NCBI GenBank assembly: GCA_018897195.1 | Contig: JAHILH010000005.1 | Span: 128,745 to 192,744, forward strand | Source of the DNA: Patescibacteria group bacterium | Lineage (GTDB): Bacteria > Patescibacteriota > Patescibacteriia > Patescibacteriales > UBA12075 | Reading direction: 5' to 3' | DNA length: 64,000 nucleotides | Part shown: piece by piece, positions 33,704 through 43,882 of the stretch | How the letters are laid out: every line of letters starts with the position of its first letter | How positions within the stretch are numbered: position 1 is the stretch's first letter | Program-made: the position numbers and the translations under genes | Notes under the pieces: model-generated | Databases searched by the model: none | What the model was told of the DNA's origin: nothing | The model's input: the letters and a program-made list of their open reading frames with translations, nothing else

Positions 33704-34399
33704 TTATTTTTCTACTATGGCCAGATTTATTTCTTTCTGTGTTTCCAACACTGCTTCAACTGGATTGGTCGCCATGGTTATCGGGCGACCAATAACAAGA
33801 TAATCTGCGCCCATTTTTACCGCATCATAGGGCGTGGTAATTCTGGACTGATCATCATTGGGATCAAGATGCCACTTTGGACGAATACCGGGAGTCACTT
33901 TCTTCAATTTATTCAACTCGGGAAACTGAGACAGAAACTTAAGCTCCATTGGTGAGCAGACAATTCCATAAACCCCGGCGAGTACAGCATTTCTGGCAAA
34001 TTGCAAAACTTTTGCCTTGACAGGCATGCCGTAATTAATATTACACTCTTCTTCATTCAATGAAGTTAAAACTGTAACAGCCAGAATTTTTGAATCGCCA
34101 GCCGCTTCCACGGCCGCCCTCATCATCGCCACACCACCAGAGGCATGAACCGTTATTAAAGACGGTTTATAGAAGATATGCTTTTTAACACGATTCTTGA
34201 CCGTATTGGGAATGTCGTGAAACTTGGCATCATCCATAACCTCAGCATGTCTGCTAAGCACTTCAAGGATTGTAACCCCAAGACCTCCATCGAGTAAATC
34301 GTTGGCCTTAAGAATTACACCGGTGCCTTCTAGGTTTTTTGCCAAAACCAATGCATCTTCGGTATCCATTCCATCTAATGCCACAATAATTTTCGACAT
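33704..34399 (-). CDS. pyrF: Orotidine 5'-phosphate decarboxylase
   Basis: IVALD, D.KFHDIPNTV, VTVLTS, TPGIRP, VIGRPI. Confidence 0.95.
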   Translation of the reverse strand: MSKIIVALDGMDTEDALVLAKNLEGTGVILKANDLLDGGLGVTILEVLSRHAEVMDDAKFHDIPNTVKNRVKKHIFYKPSLITVHASGGVAMMRAAVEAAGDSKILAVTVLTSLNEEECNINYGMPVKAKVLQFARNAVLAGVYGIVCSPMELKFLSQFPELNKLKKVTPGIRPKWHLDPNDDQSRITTPYDAVKMGADYLVIGRPITMATNPVEAVLETQKEINLAIVEK

Positions 34400-34535
34400 C
34401 TTTATTCCTCCCTCATTGATTTGATATTTATGGATTTATAAAAATCCGACTTAAACGAACAAAATAAAATAACCACTAAGGGTTATTTTATTTTTTGATA
34501 TTACTACATATTTCTTAAAAAATCAATAGGCATAA

Positions 34536-37508
34536 CTACAACTTCCGAAACTCACAAATATCATTAAAATCACAATACTTACACAAAATCGACGGCTTGG
34601 CCGGGAATTCGCCTTTGTTTATTTCTTTGATATTCTTCACGATATTTTCTTTTAGCTTTTCTATTTCTTTGTCCGTGCCGAGGAATTCCATTTCGGTGTT
34701 GTCGTCGAGATAATAGAAGACGAGGGAGTCGACTTTGTAGCCGAAGATTTCTTCGGCGGCGATTTGGTAGATGAAGAGTTGAGCCTTGTCTTCGAAGGTT
34801 AGTTTGTCTTTGGGATTACCGGTTTTGTAATCAACGATGCGGACTTTGCCGTCGACGGCATCGACGCGATCGACAACGCCGCGGATGGTGTAGATGTCCT
34901 CATCAGATTTCAATTTTATATTGAAACCTTTTTCTAAATGTTTAATGCTTGGCCAATTGTCTTTATGTTTGGCGTAAAAAGTTTTTAGAATTTCTTTGCC
35001 CTTGGCGCGATATTCTTCCTTTTGTTCCGCGTCATTATACCAATCATCAATCCAAGATTCTTCGTAAATTTTCAGCACCTCTTCCCAAGTTACATTCTCA
35101 TCGCCCTTCTTGGGCTCGGTAAATAAATCTTGTTGCCCAAAACCTTTTTTCTCTACCACTAATTCAAACAGTTTTTGTAAAGTGCTGTGCATGGTGCGAC
35201 CGAAGGAGAAAACGCCTTTGCCTTGGCGGGGGATTTTTAGGATATGGGCAAAGCGATATTGGTAGGGGCAACTTGAAAAGGCGGTTAGTTGGGTGTAGGA
35301 ATAATGCTTCGGAGGTATGTAGTCAATTTTATCATTCTTCGATGACGCCCCCTCACCCCGACCCTCTCCCGCGGGGCGAGGGAGTTTTAATAGATTATCA
35401 ATAACTGGTAATTCTTCTGCCACCGCCAAATCTTTTTTCGTTTTTTTCACTTCTTCTTTAACCAATCCTGCTTCAAGCAAAAATCGTGATGGCTTTTTAT
35501 CACGCGCACCACCATAATTCTTGCTCCATGAAAAATATAAACCAGCTTTCGCGCGCGTCGCGGCGACGTAAAACAAACGACGTTCTTCTTCGATATGCAT
35601 ATCGCCTTGCGGTAAATTTTCTTTGATCAGAGCGTCAGGGATCAAGATTTTGTCTTTACGTTCGATAGTTGGGAAACGCTTATCAACCATGCCGACGATG
35701 AAGACATATTTAAACTCAAGACCCTTGGAGCCGTGGATTGTCATCACCTTGATTGTCTCTGGTCCAGCTTCGACATCCGGCGTCACTGAGCCTTGCTCGC
35801 CTGACTCTAATTCCATGCGGAATTCACTTAAGAAATTTTTAACACTTTTGTCATCATTGGCAACTTCAAAAGTTAAGACGCGCTTGATAAATTTATTAAG
35901 ATAACCAATCTGTTCACGGCTTTGCTTTTCTGGTAAATCCATTAAGTGTTGTAAATAACCAGTCTCATTTATAAAGGTCACCAATACTTCACGTACTGGT
36001 TTTGTTTTAACTAATTGTGTATGCTTGCTGATATTTTCTAAAACCACCCCTACTCTTTTTATAAAATCAACTCCAAAGTTTAGTTGGTTGGCATTTTTTA
36101 AAGCTTCGTATAATGACCAAGATTTTTTATTAGCTAGGTGATTAAGATCAACTAATTCCTTATGAGTAAATTTATAAATCGGAAAATTTAAAACACGATA
36201 AAGATAAATACTCTCGTGATAATTATCTAACATCCGTAAATACGCCACCGCATCCATAATCACTGGCTTGTTATATAATCCGCGTGATGCGTAAAAAACA
36301 TAAGGTAGGTTCGCTTCTTCCAAGGCAACACACACATCATTAGCACTATCGTTGGCCCGCACCAAAATACCAAAGTCACCCCAATTCGCCTCCGCGTCCT
36401 TCACTTTCAAATCAGCCATCTTCTCCACCACCAAACGAATCTCATCTTCCAAGTCAGTCCCTTCTAATAATTCAATCTCACCCGTCTCGCCGATATTCGC
36501 TTTCAGCTTCTTACTCAATTTCCCATCACCCTGTTGTTGCAATTGATATTCCAATCGATTCGGATTGTTGTGTTGAATAAAATCATAAGACAAATCCAAA
36601 ATATTTTGCTTATTGCGATAATTATTGGTCAGCACTAATTCCTGCGCCTGCGGATAGTCAGTTTTAAAATGCAAAATATTCGCTACTGAACCGCCACGGA
36701 ATTTATAAATCGATTGATCATCATCGCCCACGACTACTAAATTAGAATCGCCGGCCGCTAATAATTTTATCAATTCATACTGCGCCAAATTCGTATCTTG
36801 AAATTCATCCAATAAAATATACTTAAACTGATTTTTATATTTCGCCAAAATATTTGGTCGCTCTCTAAATAATTTCAAACAATAATTAATCAAATCACCA
36901 AAGTCCAAGGCACTGTTATCCAAAAGTAATTGTTGATAAACTTTATAAGCGTTCGCCACCTCGGCAATGCGTTTAATTTCTTGCTCGTCATCATCTTTTA
37001 ACTTACTCGCAAAAGCAACATACTCCTCCGCAGTAACATCTTCGTCTTTAGCACGTGAAAAATGTTTCACCAAATCATGAATAAACTTCGTCGGATTCCC
37101 AAGCGGTCGATAATATTCCAAATTAAACTTATCCAAGTTTCGACGCACCATCGCCCACTGTTCATATTCATTCAAGAGCTTGAAATTACCCGGCAAGCCA
37201 ATCTCAATTGCATGCTCGCGCAAAATGCGTTCACCAAAGCTATGAAAAGTGGATATCCACAAATCTACATAACCAAAAGGCAATAATTTATCAACGCGCT
37301 CCTCCATCTCCTGTGCCGCCTTTTCGGTAAAGGTTAACGCTAAAATCTCGTCCGTCTTTGCCCAGCCTTGCTCAATGATATAAGCAATCCGCTTCGTCAC
37401 CACCGTCGTCTTACCAGTTCCAGCCCCCGCCACAATCAATAAAGGACCGCCGTTATGAGTAACCGCCTGTTCTTGTTCTTTATTTAAACCTTTTAATAGT
37501 TCTGACAT
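34536..37508 (-). CDS. UvrD/PcrA-family helicase fused to a PD-(D/E)xK nuclease with 4-Cys cluster (AdnA/B-like)
   Basis: AGAGTGKT, DEFQD, GDDDQSIY.FRG, TIHGSKGLE, EERRLFYVA.TRA; C-terminal CP...DRVD..IVDYKTG...CKYC.....C. Confidence 0.9.
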   Translation of the reverse strand: MSELLKGLNKEQEQAVTHNGGPLLIVAGAGTGKTTVVTKRIAYIIEQGWAKTDEILALTFTEKAAQEMEERVDKLLPFGYVDLWISTFHSFGERILREHAIEIGLPGNFKLLNEYEQWAMVRRNLDKFNLEYYRPLGNPTKFIHDLVKHFSRAKDEDVTAEEYVAFASKLKDDDEQEIKRIAEVANAYKVYQQLLLDNSALDFGDLINYCLKLFRERPNILAKYKNQFKYILLDEFQDTNLAQYELIKLLAAGDSNLVVVGDDDQSIYKFRGGSVANILHFKTDYPQAQELVLTNNYRNKQNILDLSYDFIQHNNPNRLEYQLQQQGDGKLSKKLKANIGETGEIELLEGTDLEDEIRLVVEKMADLKVKDAEANWGDFGILVRANDSANDVCVALEEANLPYVFYASRGLYNKPVIMDAVAYLRMLDNYHESIYLYRVLNFPIYKFTHKELVDLNHLANKKSWSLYEALKNANQLNFGVDFIKRVGVVLENISKHTQLVKTKPVREVLVTFINETGYLQHLMDLPEKQSREQIGYLNKFIKRVLTFEVANDDKSVKNFLSEFRMELESGEQGSVTPDVEAGPETIKVMTIHGSKGLEFKYVFIVGMVDKRFPTIERKDKILIPDALIKENLPQGDMHIEEERRLFYVAATRAKAGLYFSWSKNYGGARDKKPSRFLLEAGLVKEEVKKTKKDLAVAEELPVIDNLLKLPRPAGEGRGEGASSKNDKIDYIPPKHYSYTQLTAFSSCPYQYRFAHILKIPRQGKGVFSFGRTMHSTLQKLFELVVEKKGFGQQDLFTEPKKGDENVTWEEVLKIYEESWIDDWYNDAEQKEEYRAKGKEILKTFYAKHKDNWPSIKHLEKGFNIKLKSDEDIYTIRGVVDRVDAVDGKVRIVDYKTGNPKDKLTFEDKAQLFIYQIAAEEIFGYKVDSLVFYYLDDNTEMEFLGTDKEIEKLKENIVKNIKEINKGEFPAKPSILCKYCDFNDICEFRKL
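35348..35384. repeat. REP-like palindrome, family A, inside a coding sequence
   Basis: Nearly identical to the intergenic copy at 2906; translated as LPRPAGEGRGEG. Confidence 0.85.
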
Positions 37509-37550
37509 AAGATTAATTTTCGAATTTTAATAAAAAGATAACTACATAAT

Positions 37551-37638
37551 TCCCTCTCCTGGATAGGAGAGGGCAGGGTGAGGTAGATTTTCGGTGACGG
37601 CTCCCTCACCCCGACCCTCTCCCGGCGGGGCGAGGGAG
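37551..37638. repeat. Composite (BIME-like) pair of family A palindromes
   Basis: Two inverted copies, 37551-37583 and 37603-37638. Confidence 0.85.
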
Positions 37639-37648
37639 AAGCCTTGAA

Positions 37649-38869
37649 TTAAAAAATCTTAACGACCCCATATTGTCCATCAAACCCAGGCGCCACTGTT
37701 AATTCTCCCGCGCGCATTCGGCGTATACCTTCCGCAATTTTATCAGTTGTCACCGCCGCAATTTTCTCAATCGGTGCATCAAGTAAAATATCAATTTCAC
37801 TAGCTTGTAATTCACTAATTAGCTTATCGTATTCTACTAAAACTTTTTTAGCTTGTGGTGATTTCACTCCCACCGCCTCAGCGATAATTTTATTCAAGCC
37901 TACTAATTTTTTAAAACTCGGCTTGCCTTTTAACTGCTTCCCAACCTTACGATTTGCTAATTCATTCACGCGATAATCAACACCAATTGTCAGTGCCCGG
38001 TTACAAACTGGACACAATCCCTTTTTCTCTTTTGTCTCAACCGGAGACAAGCACGCACCACAAGCCCGATGTCCGTCCCAGTGATACATACCTTCTTCCG
38101 GATAAAATTCAATCGTATAATCCAAAAATGATTTTTTATTTTCACCTTTAATTATTTGATAAATCGCATCATAGGTCACCTCTTCATTAAACTCAAACAC
38201 ATTTGCTTCGCGCGCTAAATTTTGCAATGAATGCGCATCTGAATTAGACAACAAAGTTAATTTATCCAAAGCTGACACGCGCCAATTCATTTCAGGGTCC
38301 GATGACAAACCGGTCTCATAAGCAAAAATTTGATTAGTATATTCCCCAAAACATTCTTCCAGCGAATCAAAACCCGACTTCGAACCAAAGACCGAAAACC
38401 ACGGTGTCCAAATGTGCGCCGGATAAATCAAAAATTTCGGATCAATCGAAAAACACAACTGACACAAAGTCGGTACACTCATTCCCAAAATCGGACGACC
38501 ATCCGAACGAATATTATAATGCTTACCCAAAAAATCATTCAGCTTTTGGACCGCTACTACATTCGGCGCATGAATCACAATATGAATCCGTCGCGCTCGT
38601 CCGCCCTGCTTATAAATCAAAGCCACCTCGGTGCTCAAAATAAACTTCACACCATTATCATCTTCCTGTAATTTATAAAGACCGCTACTCCCAATCTCAA
38701 CCAGTTCATCCTTAATCGATTTGAACCAAGCGGGATGCGTAAAATCGCCCGTCCCCACAATATCAATTCCTTTTATCAGGCACGTTTTAGCAATATTAGC
38801 TAAGGTTAAGTCCCGCGAGCAAGCTCGGGAATATCGAGAATGAATATGAAAATCAGCTATTTGACGCAT
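37649..38869 (-). CDS. Endonuclease Q family PHP-domain protein
   Basis: DFHIHSRYSRA, GTGDFTHP, PAHIWTPW, ETGLSSD, NSDAHS, Zn finger CGAC..CPVC, PGFDGQYG. Confidence 0.88.
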   Translation of the reverse strand: MRQIADFHIHSRYSRACSRDLTLANIAKTCLIKGIDIVGTGDFTHPAWFKSIKDELVEIGSSGLYKLQEDDNGVKFILSTEVALIYKQGGRARRIHIVIHAPNVVAVQKLNDFLGKHYNIRSDGRPILGMSVPTLCQLCFSIDPKFLIYPAHIWTPWFSVFGSKSGFDSLEECFGEYTNQIFAYETGLSSDPEMNWRVSALDKLTLLSNSDAHSLQNLAREANVFEFNEEVTYDAIYQIIKGENKKSFLDYTIEFYPEEGMYHWDGHRACGACLSPVETKEKKGLCPVCNRALTIGVDYRVNELANRKVGKQLKGKPSFKKLVGLNKIIAEAVGVKSPQAKKVLVEYDKLISELQASEIDILLDAPIEKIAAVTTDKIAEGIRRMRAGELTVAPGFDGQYGVVKIF

Positions 38870-38957
38870 AAAAAATTGGTTCAATTTACCTATTTAATAT
38901 ACCACTTACATTATTAAAAATCAAAAACCCCTGTCAAATTCGACAGGGGTTGTTTTT

Positions 38958-40811
38958 CTACTCCACGGTAACACTTTTCGCCAAGTTTCTTGGATTATCA
39001 ACATCTCTACCCAAAATTACCGCCATGTGATAGGCAAATAATTGAGTCACGATGGTTACGAGAATGGGATAAAGAATATCCAATGTTGAAGGGATAAATA
39101 CTACATCATCAACCAATTCAATAATATCCTCATCACCTTCGGTAGCAATAGCAATAATTTTGCCATCACGGGCCTTTATTTCTTTGATACTGCTCTTGTT
39201 TTTTGCATACAGAGCATCACGCGGAATAATTGCCATCGTCGGAAAGTCATTGCAGATTAGAGCAATCGAACCATGTTTCAGTTCTCCAGCCGGATAACCT
39301 TCAGCGTGGATATAAGAAATCTCCTTCAACTTCAAAGCTCCTTCGAGGGCAGTCGGGTAATTAAACCCTCTGCCGATATAAGCAAAGTGTTCTGTTTGAT
39401 TGCCATTTTCAGTTCGGCTATATTTTTGCGCCAAAGCCCTAACGGCATCATTCAGCTCCAGCACAACCTTCACCTTCTCAGGAATACTTTGCAGTTCGTG
39501 AAAGATATTTTGCGCTTCAACCGCTGTCATCTTTCGCTGACGGGCAAGATAAATTGTCACCAAGACCAAAATGGCAACTTGTGACGTAAAGGCCTTTGTT
39601 GAAGCCACTGATATTTCCGGACCAGCATGATTGTGCACACCAGCTTTCACCTCACGATCAATCAACGAGCCAACAACATTTACTATGCCGACTGTTAAGC
39701 AGCCATGCTGATTTGTCTCATTAACAGCAAACAAAGTGTCTGCTGTTTCACCGGACTGGCTAATGACCAATACAAGCGACTTGTCATTCGTAATCATCGG
39801 GCGATAGCGGAATTCCGAAGCAGTAACAGTCTTAACCGGAATGCCCGCAAGGCTTTCAATCATATACTCACCGATTAGACCGGCATGATAAGCCGTGCCA
39901 CAGGCAACGATTAAAATATTATCAACCTCTCTCAGCTGATCATTATTATCCTGAAAGCCACCAAACACCGCTATGCCATCATCCATATTCATCCGCCCGC
40001 GCAAGGCGTTTGTGATTGAATTCGGCTGTTCCATTATTTCTTTGAGCATAAAATGAGGAAAACCACCTTTCTCAATATCGCTAATTTCGAGAGAAGTATG
40101 TTCTGTGTCTCTTTCGACAGAGATGCTATCGAGACTGAAGATTTCATATCTTCCCGCCTCAACAATTGCAATTTCACCGTCCTTGAGACGCAAAATCTTC
40201 CTGGTGTACTGCACAATCGCCTCTTCTCCTGATGCGATAATGCTTTCATTATCACCAACTCCGATTACCACCGGACTGCCGTGCCGAGCTACAAAGATTT
40301 TATCCGGTTCGCCATTGCAAATCATTACGATTGCGTAGGCGCCGACCAAATTCCTAATCGCTTTTCTGAAAGCTGTTGTAATGTCATATTTGACGAGATA
40401 CTCCTCAATCAAATGAGCAATAACTTCCGTATCGGTTTCGCTCACAAAAATATGACCGGCTACTTCGAGCGATTTTTTCAGTTCTTGATAATTTTCAATA
40501 ATACCATTGTGAACTAAAAAAACATTCTTCTTGCAATCAAAATGCGGATGCGCATTTTTTTCTGATGGCGCGCCGTGAGTTGCCCAACGCGTGTGACCGA
40601 CACCAACAAAACCTTCGAGACATCCTTTGATGGTTTCCGTTTTCTTAATAAGACTCGCCACTCGACCAACCTCTTTGACACACTCAATGCCATTCGAAGT
40701 CACAACTGCTAATCCAGCCGAATCATAACCTCGATACTCCAACCTCTTTAATCCATCTAAAATAATTTCACGAGCCTGTCTTGGTCCGATATAACCCACA
40801 ATTCCACACAT
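38958..40811 (-). CDS. glmS: Glutamine-fructose-6-phosphate transaminase
   Basis: MCGIVG start, LEYRGYDSAG, HTRWATHG, SQSGETAD, PRNLAKSVTVE. Confidence 0.97.
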   Translation of the reverse strand: MCGIVGYIGPRQAREIILDGLKRLEYRGYDSAGLAVVTSNGIECVKEVGRVASLIKKTETIKGCLEGFVGVGHTRWATHGAPSEKNAHPHFDCKKNVFLVHNGIIENYQELKKSLEVAGHIFVSETDTEVIAHLIEEYLVKYDITTAFRKAIRNLVGAYAIVMICNGEPDKIFVARHGSPVVIGVGDNESIIASGEEAIVQYTRKILRLKDGEIAIVEAGRYEIFSLDSISVERDTEHTSLEISDIEKGGFPHFMLKEIMEQPNSITNALRGRMNMDDGIAVFGGFQDNNDQLREVDNILIVACGTAYHAGLIGEYMIESLAGIPVKTVTASEFRYRPMITNDKSLVLVISQSGETADTLFAVNETNQHGCLTVGIVNVVGSLIDREVKAGVHNHAGPEISVASTKAFTSQVAILVLVTIYLARQRKMTAVEAQNIFHELQSIPEKVKVVLELNDAVRALAQKYSRTENGNQTEHFAYIGRGFNYPTALEGALKLKEISYIHAEGYPAGELKHGSIALICNDFPTMAIIPRDALYAKNKSSIKEIKARDGKIIAIATEGDEDIIELVDDVVFIPSTLDILYPILVTIVTQLFAYHMAVILGRDVDNPRNLAKSVTVE

Positions 40812-41010
40812 AACCATTCTCCTTTTTTTATAATTTCAAAGATCGAAAATTAATTTCTAAAATTCAGTAAAATTTTAAAAACCTCTACTCAAATAATAAA
40901 CTAATACGCAAAAAGGTCAAGCTATTTGGCAAATTATTTCCCAAGCACTCGGGATTGAAATTTCTGCTCAATCAGCTATAATGGAAGGTAATTAATCCTA
41001 AAATTATTTT

Positions 41011-41709
41011 ATGAAAAAATACCTCTTTATTGGCAATTTCAACTTCGACAATAAAACATTAATCATCAAAGATAAAGAATTTACCAACCAAGTTAAAAAT
41101 GTTTTGCGTTTCAAAATCGGCGATACTATTTTCCTGGGCAATGGTCAAAACACAGAAGCTAGAACAGAAATCTTGGAAATAAAAAAGGATGAGGTCGTGG
41201 TTAAAATCATCAGCATTGAAGCGAACAAGAATGAATACACTAAAGACGTCACGCTTTATCTCGCTATTCTAAAAAGAGAAAACTTCGAGCTCGTCATTCA
41301 AAAGGCCACCGAGATCGGCATCAAACAAATCGTCCCCGTCATCAGTGAGCGCACTATCAAAACCGGTCTCAAAACTGAACGCCTCGAAAAAATCATCAAG
41401 GAAGCCAGCGAACAATCCGGCCGCGGCATTCTACCTACCATCACCGAACCAATGAAGTTTAAAGATGCCCTCGCCCACGCCCAAGCCAACCAAGTCAATC
41501 TTTTCTTTCACCTTGACGGCGAAGCGCTAAATAAAATCAAATTGACAGAAAATAAAATCGGCCTCTTTGTCGGCCCCGAAGGCGGCTGGTCTGCTTCTGA
41601 AGTTGCTGAAATAAAAAAAAGCGACACCTTTAAAAAAGTATCGCTTGGCAAGTTAACTCTCCGTGGCGAAACCGCCGCTATCGTCGCCTGCTATTTAGGA
41701 TTACAATAA
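41011..41709 (+). CDS. rsmE: 16S rRNA m3U1498 methyltransferase
   Basis: QKATEIG, EASEQSGR, VGPEGG, LGKLTLRGETA. Confidence 0.93.
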   Translation: MKKYLFIGNFNFDNKTLIIKDKEFTNQVKNVLRFKIGDTIFLGNGQNTEARTEILEIKKDEVVVKIISIEANKNEYTKDVTLYLAILKRENFELVIQKATEIGIKQIVPVISERTIKTGLKTERLEKIIKEASEQSGRGILPTITEPMKFKDALAHAQANQVNLFFHLDGEALNKIKLTENKIGLFVGPEGGWSASEVAEIKKSDTFKKVSLGKLTLRGETAAIVACYLGLQ

Positions 41710-41711
41710 AA

Positions 41712-42101
41712 CTAAAAATCAATCTGGTCCTCATTGCCACTTACGTATAACGAAAAACGTGATGCTCTATCTTTGTCATTTGGACTAGTGTCCTTATGTT
41801 CAGTACCGAACAACATTAAACATAACTGATTATGAAATATTCTTCTTTCGCTTTCACTAATTCTTCTAATTCTTGGGACTGTTCTCGCTAATACTGAAAC
41901 ATCAGTGCGAAGAAATTCCTTGGCATAACCTTCGCTAATTGCTACCAATCTATCATAGGCTGGTGTGCCCACGTTGGGCAATTTTGCTTTAATTCCATAT
42001 TTAAGAGCCGCCTCCTCTATAACATCATCCTCAACCTCTACATCATTCTCGGCGTCTACGCCTTTGGGTATTTCTTGTTTAAAATTAAAATTTTCTTTCA
42101 T
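41712..42101 (-). CDS. Hypothetical protein
   Basis: 129-aa ORF following the YvlD-like gene with an 8-bp gap. Confidence 0.6.
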   Translation of the reverse strand: MKENFNFKQEIPKGVDAENDVEVEDDVIEEAALKYGIKAKLPNVGTPAYDRLVAISEGYAKEFLRTDVSVLARTVPRIRRISESERRIFHNQLCLMLFGTEHKDTSPNDKDRASRFSLYVSGNEDQIDF

Positions 42102-42109
42102 AAATATTA

Positions 42110-42448
42110 TTACTTAATTAAAAATTGATTTAATAAATAACTAATCACTGACAAAACCATACTAAACAAAACCGCCACCCAAAATCCTTGCACCGCAAAA
42201 CCCTTAATAATACTCGACGCCAATAATACCAACAAGCCATTGATCACAAAAGTAAACAAACCTAAGGTAAAAATATTTATCGGCAAAGTTATCAAAATCA
42301 AAATCGGCCTGATAACTGCATTAATTAAACCCAAAATAAGAGCCACCCACAAAGACGCCCAAAAACTCGCGATTTGAATACCAGGAATTAATTTAGCTGT
42401 GATTATTATCGCCAAGGCGGACAATAACCAACGAAGTAGAATTTGCAT
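42110..42448 (-). CDS. YvlD/phage-holin-4 family membrane protein
   Basis: LGLINAVIRPIL..ITLP....TLGLF..VING. Confidence 0.88.
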   Translation of the reverse strand: MQILLRWLLSALAIIITAKLIPGIQIASFWASLWVALILGLINAVIRPILILITLPINIFTLGLFTFVINGLLVLLASSIIKGFAVQGFWVAVLFSMVLSVISYLLNQFLIK

Positions 42449-42545
42449 AAATTTTACAATTTAATTAATTATCTTTATTTAATTATATCATAATAATAAA
42501 AAAAACAAAAAAAGAGAATCTTAATTAAGATTCTCTTTTTATCTG

Positions 42546-42619
42546 TGGGTGAACAAGGATTCGAACCCTGGACCCTCTCGGTGTAAACGAGATGCTCTAA
42601 CCAGCTGAGCTATTCACCC
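42546..42619 (-). tRNA. tRNA-Val(TAC)
   Basis: Stem TCTCG/CGAGA, loop TT-TAC-AC. Confidence 0.93.
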
Positions 42620-42626
42620 AAATTTG

Positions 42627-42710
42627 TGTCGCAAAAGGGATTTGAACCCTTACGTCCTTACGGACACCAGCCCCTCAAGCTGACCTGTCTACCAATTCCA
42701 GCACTGCGAC
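42627..42710 (-). tRNA. tRNA-Leu(GAG)
   Basis: Long variable arm GTCC-GTAA-GGAC, loop TT-GAG-GG. Confidence 0.92.
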
Positions 42711-42770
42711 ATCATCCTAGTAGACCAGATCTATCCAAATTATAACCTATCAACGAAACTAAATCAAATT

Positions 42771-43142
42771 TTATTTCTTAGTAGAAATAATTTTCTCCTT
42801 AAATTTCTTTTTGTAACCATCTCTCAAGAAGTTCAACTTTGCTCTTCTAACTTCAGCAATTCTCTTCACCTCAATCTTTTCGATTGTTGGCAAGTTTAAA
42901 GGGAAGATTTTCTCAACAGCCACGCCGTCAGAAATTTTTCTTACTGTAATTGTGCCACCGATCTCTTTACCATGTTTCATGCCAATAATCATGCCTTCGA
43001 AATACTGAGTTCTTTCTTTTTCCTCACCCTTAGTATTTAATTCTTTGATTTTTTGAAAAACACGAATAGTCATGCCTGGTTTTAATTCCGGGAATTTTTC
43101 GGTTGTTGCCTCTTCTTGAGTTGTTTTTGCATTGTCTGCCAT
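42771..43142 (-). CDS. rplS: 50S ribosomal protein L19
   Basis: KERTQYFEG, TITVRKIS.GV.VEKIFP, VRRAKL.FLR. Confidence 0.95.
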   Translation of the reverse strand: MADNAKTTQEEATTEKFPELKPGMTIRVFQKIKELNTKGEEKERTQYFEGMIIGMKHGKEIGGTITVRKISDGVAVEKIFPLNLPTIEKIEVKRIAEVRRAKLNFLRDGYKKKFKEKIISTKK

Positions 43143-43409
43143 ATATTTAAAATTAATTTTAGCAATTTATAAAAAGCCAAAGGCTTTTTTGTATGGTTAG
43201 GAGCTAATACTCCATAACCATAAAAATAGAACGCTTGTGTTCTATTGATAATCTCGATATGAATTATAGAATATATATTATAACATTATTCAAAATAAGT
43301 CAAGATTGAAATAATAGTAAATTTCCAAATAATATTTACCCAATATTAGCTAAATAGCAATAAGCCACTCTGGAAAGAATGGCTTATCTTATATTTCACG
43401 AAAATTATC

Positions 43410-43691
43410 TTACGCTGCCTTCAAAGCATCCTTCAAAGTCTTACCAGTCTTAAACTTAGCCACTTTTACCTCTGGAATAGTAATTCGCTCAGTTGGCTTC
43501 TGAGGATTAACACCACCTCTTGCGTGTCTGATTCTTGGTGAGAAAGTACCAAAACCAGTAATAGTCACTTCATTGCCAGCTTTTAGTTCGCTAATAATGA
43601 TATCAACCAAAGAATCAAGCATGCCTTCGGCATCTTTTTTTGAAACGGCTGATTGAGTAGCAATGCGCTCAATTAATGCAGCTTTGTTCAT
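43410..43691 (-). CDS. hup: HU family DNA-binding protein
   Basis: MNKA.LI, GFGTF, R.GVNPQ, FK.GK.LKD. Confidence 0.93.
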   Translation of the reverse strand: MNKAALIERIATQSAVSKKDAEGMLDSLVDIIISELKAGNEVTITGFGTFSPRIRHARGGVNPQKPTERITIPEVKVAKFKTGKTLKDALKAA

Positions 43692-43882
43692 ATTTTTATA
43701 TAAGTAAGGATAATAAGAAGATTAAGATATCAACCTATATTATTCCTACTATTAATTAACGATTTTAATTACTTAATAGCAGTATAACAAATAATAAAAA
43801 AGTATGCAAATAAATATACTAATGTTTGCACAAATAAAAAAGATAGCCATGATGGCTATCTTTTTTTGTTCAATAAATAATT

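Noticed and set aside
40812..41010. glmS ribozyme
   Set aside because: The leader is short and AT-rich, without the conserved ribozyme core
42110..42448. Prophage suggested by the holin-family gene next to tRNAs
   Set aside because: YvlD-type genes are common chromosomal genes; no integrase, att duplication or structural genes
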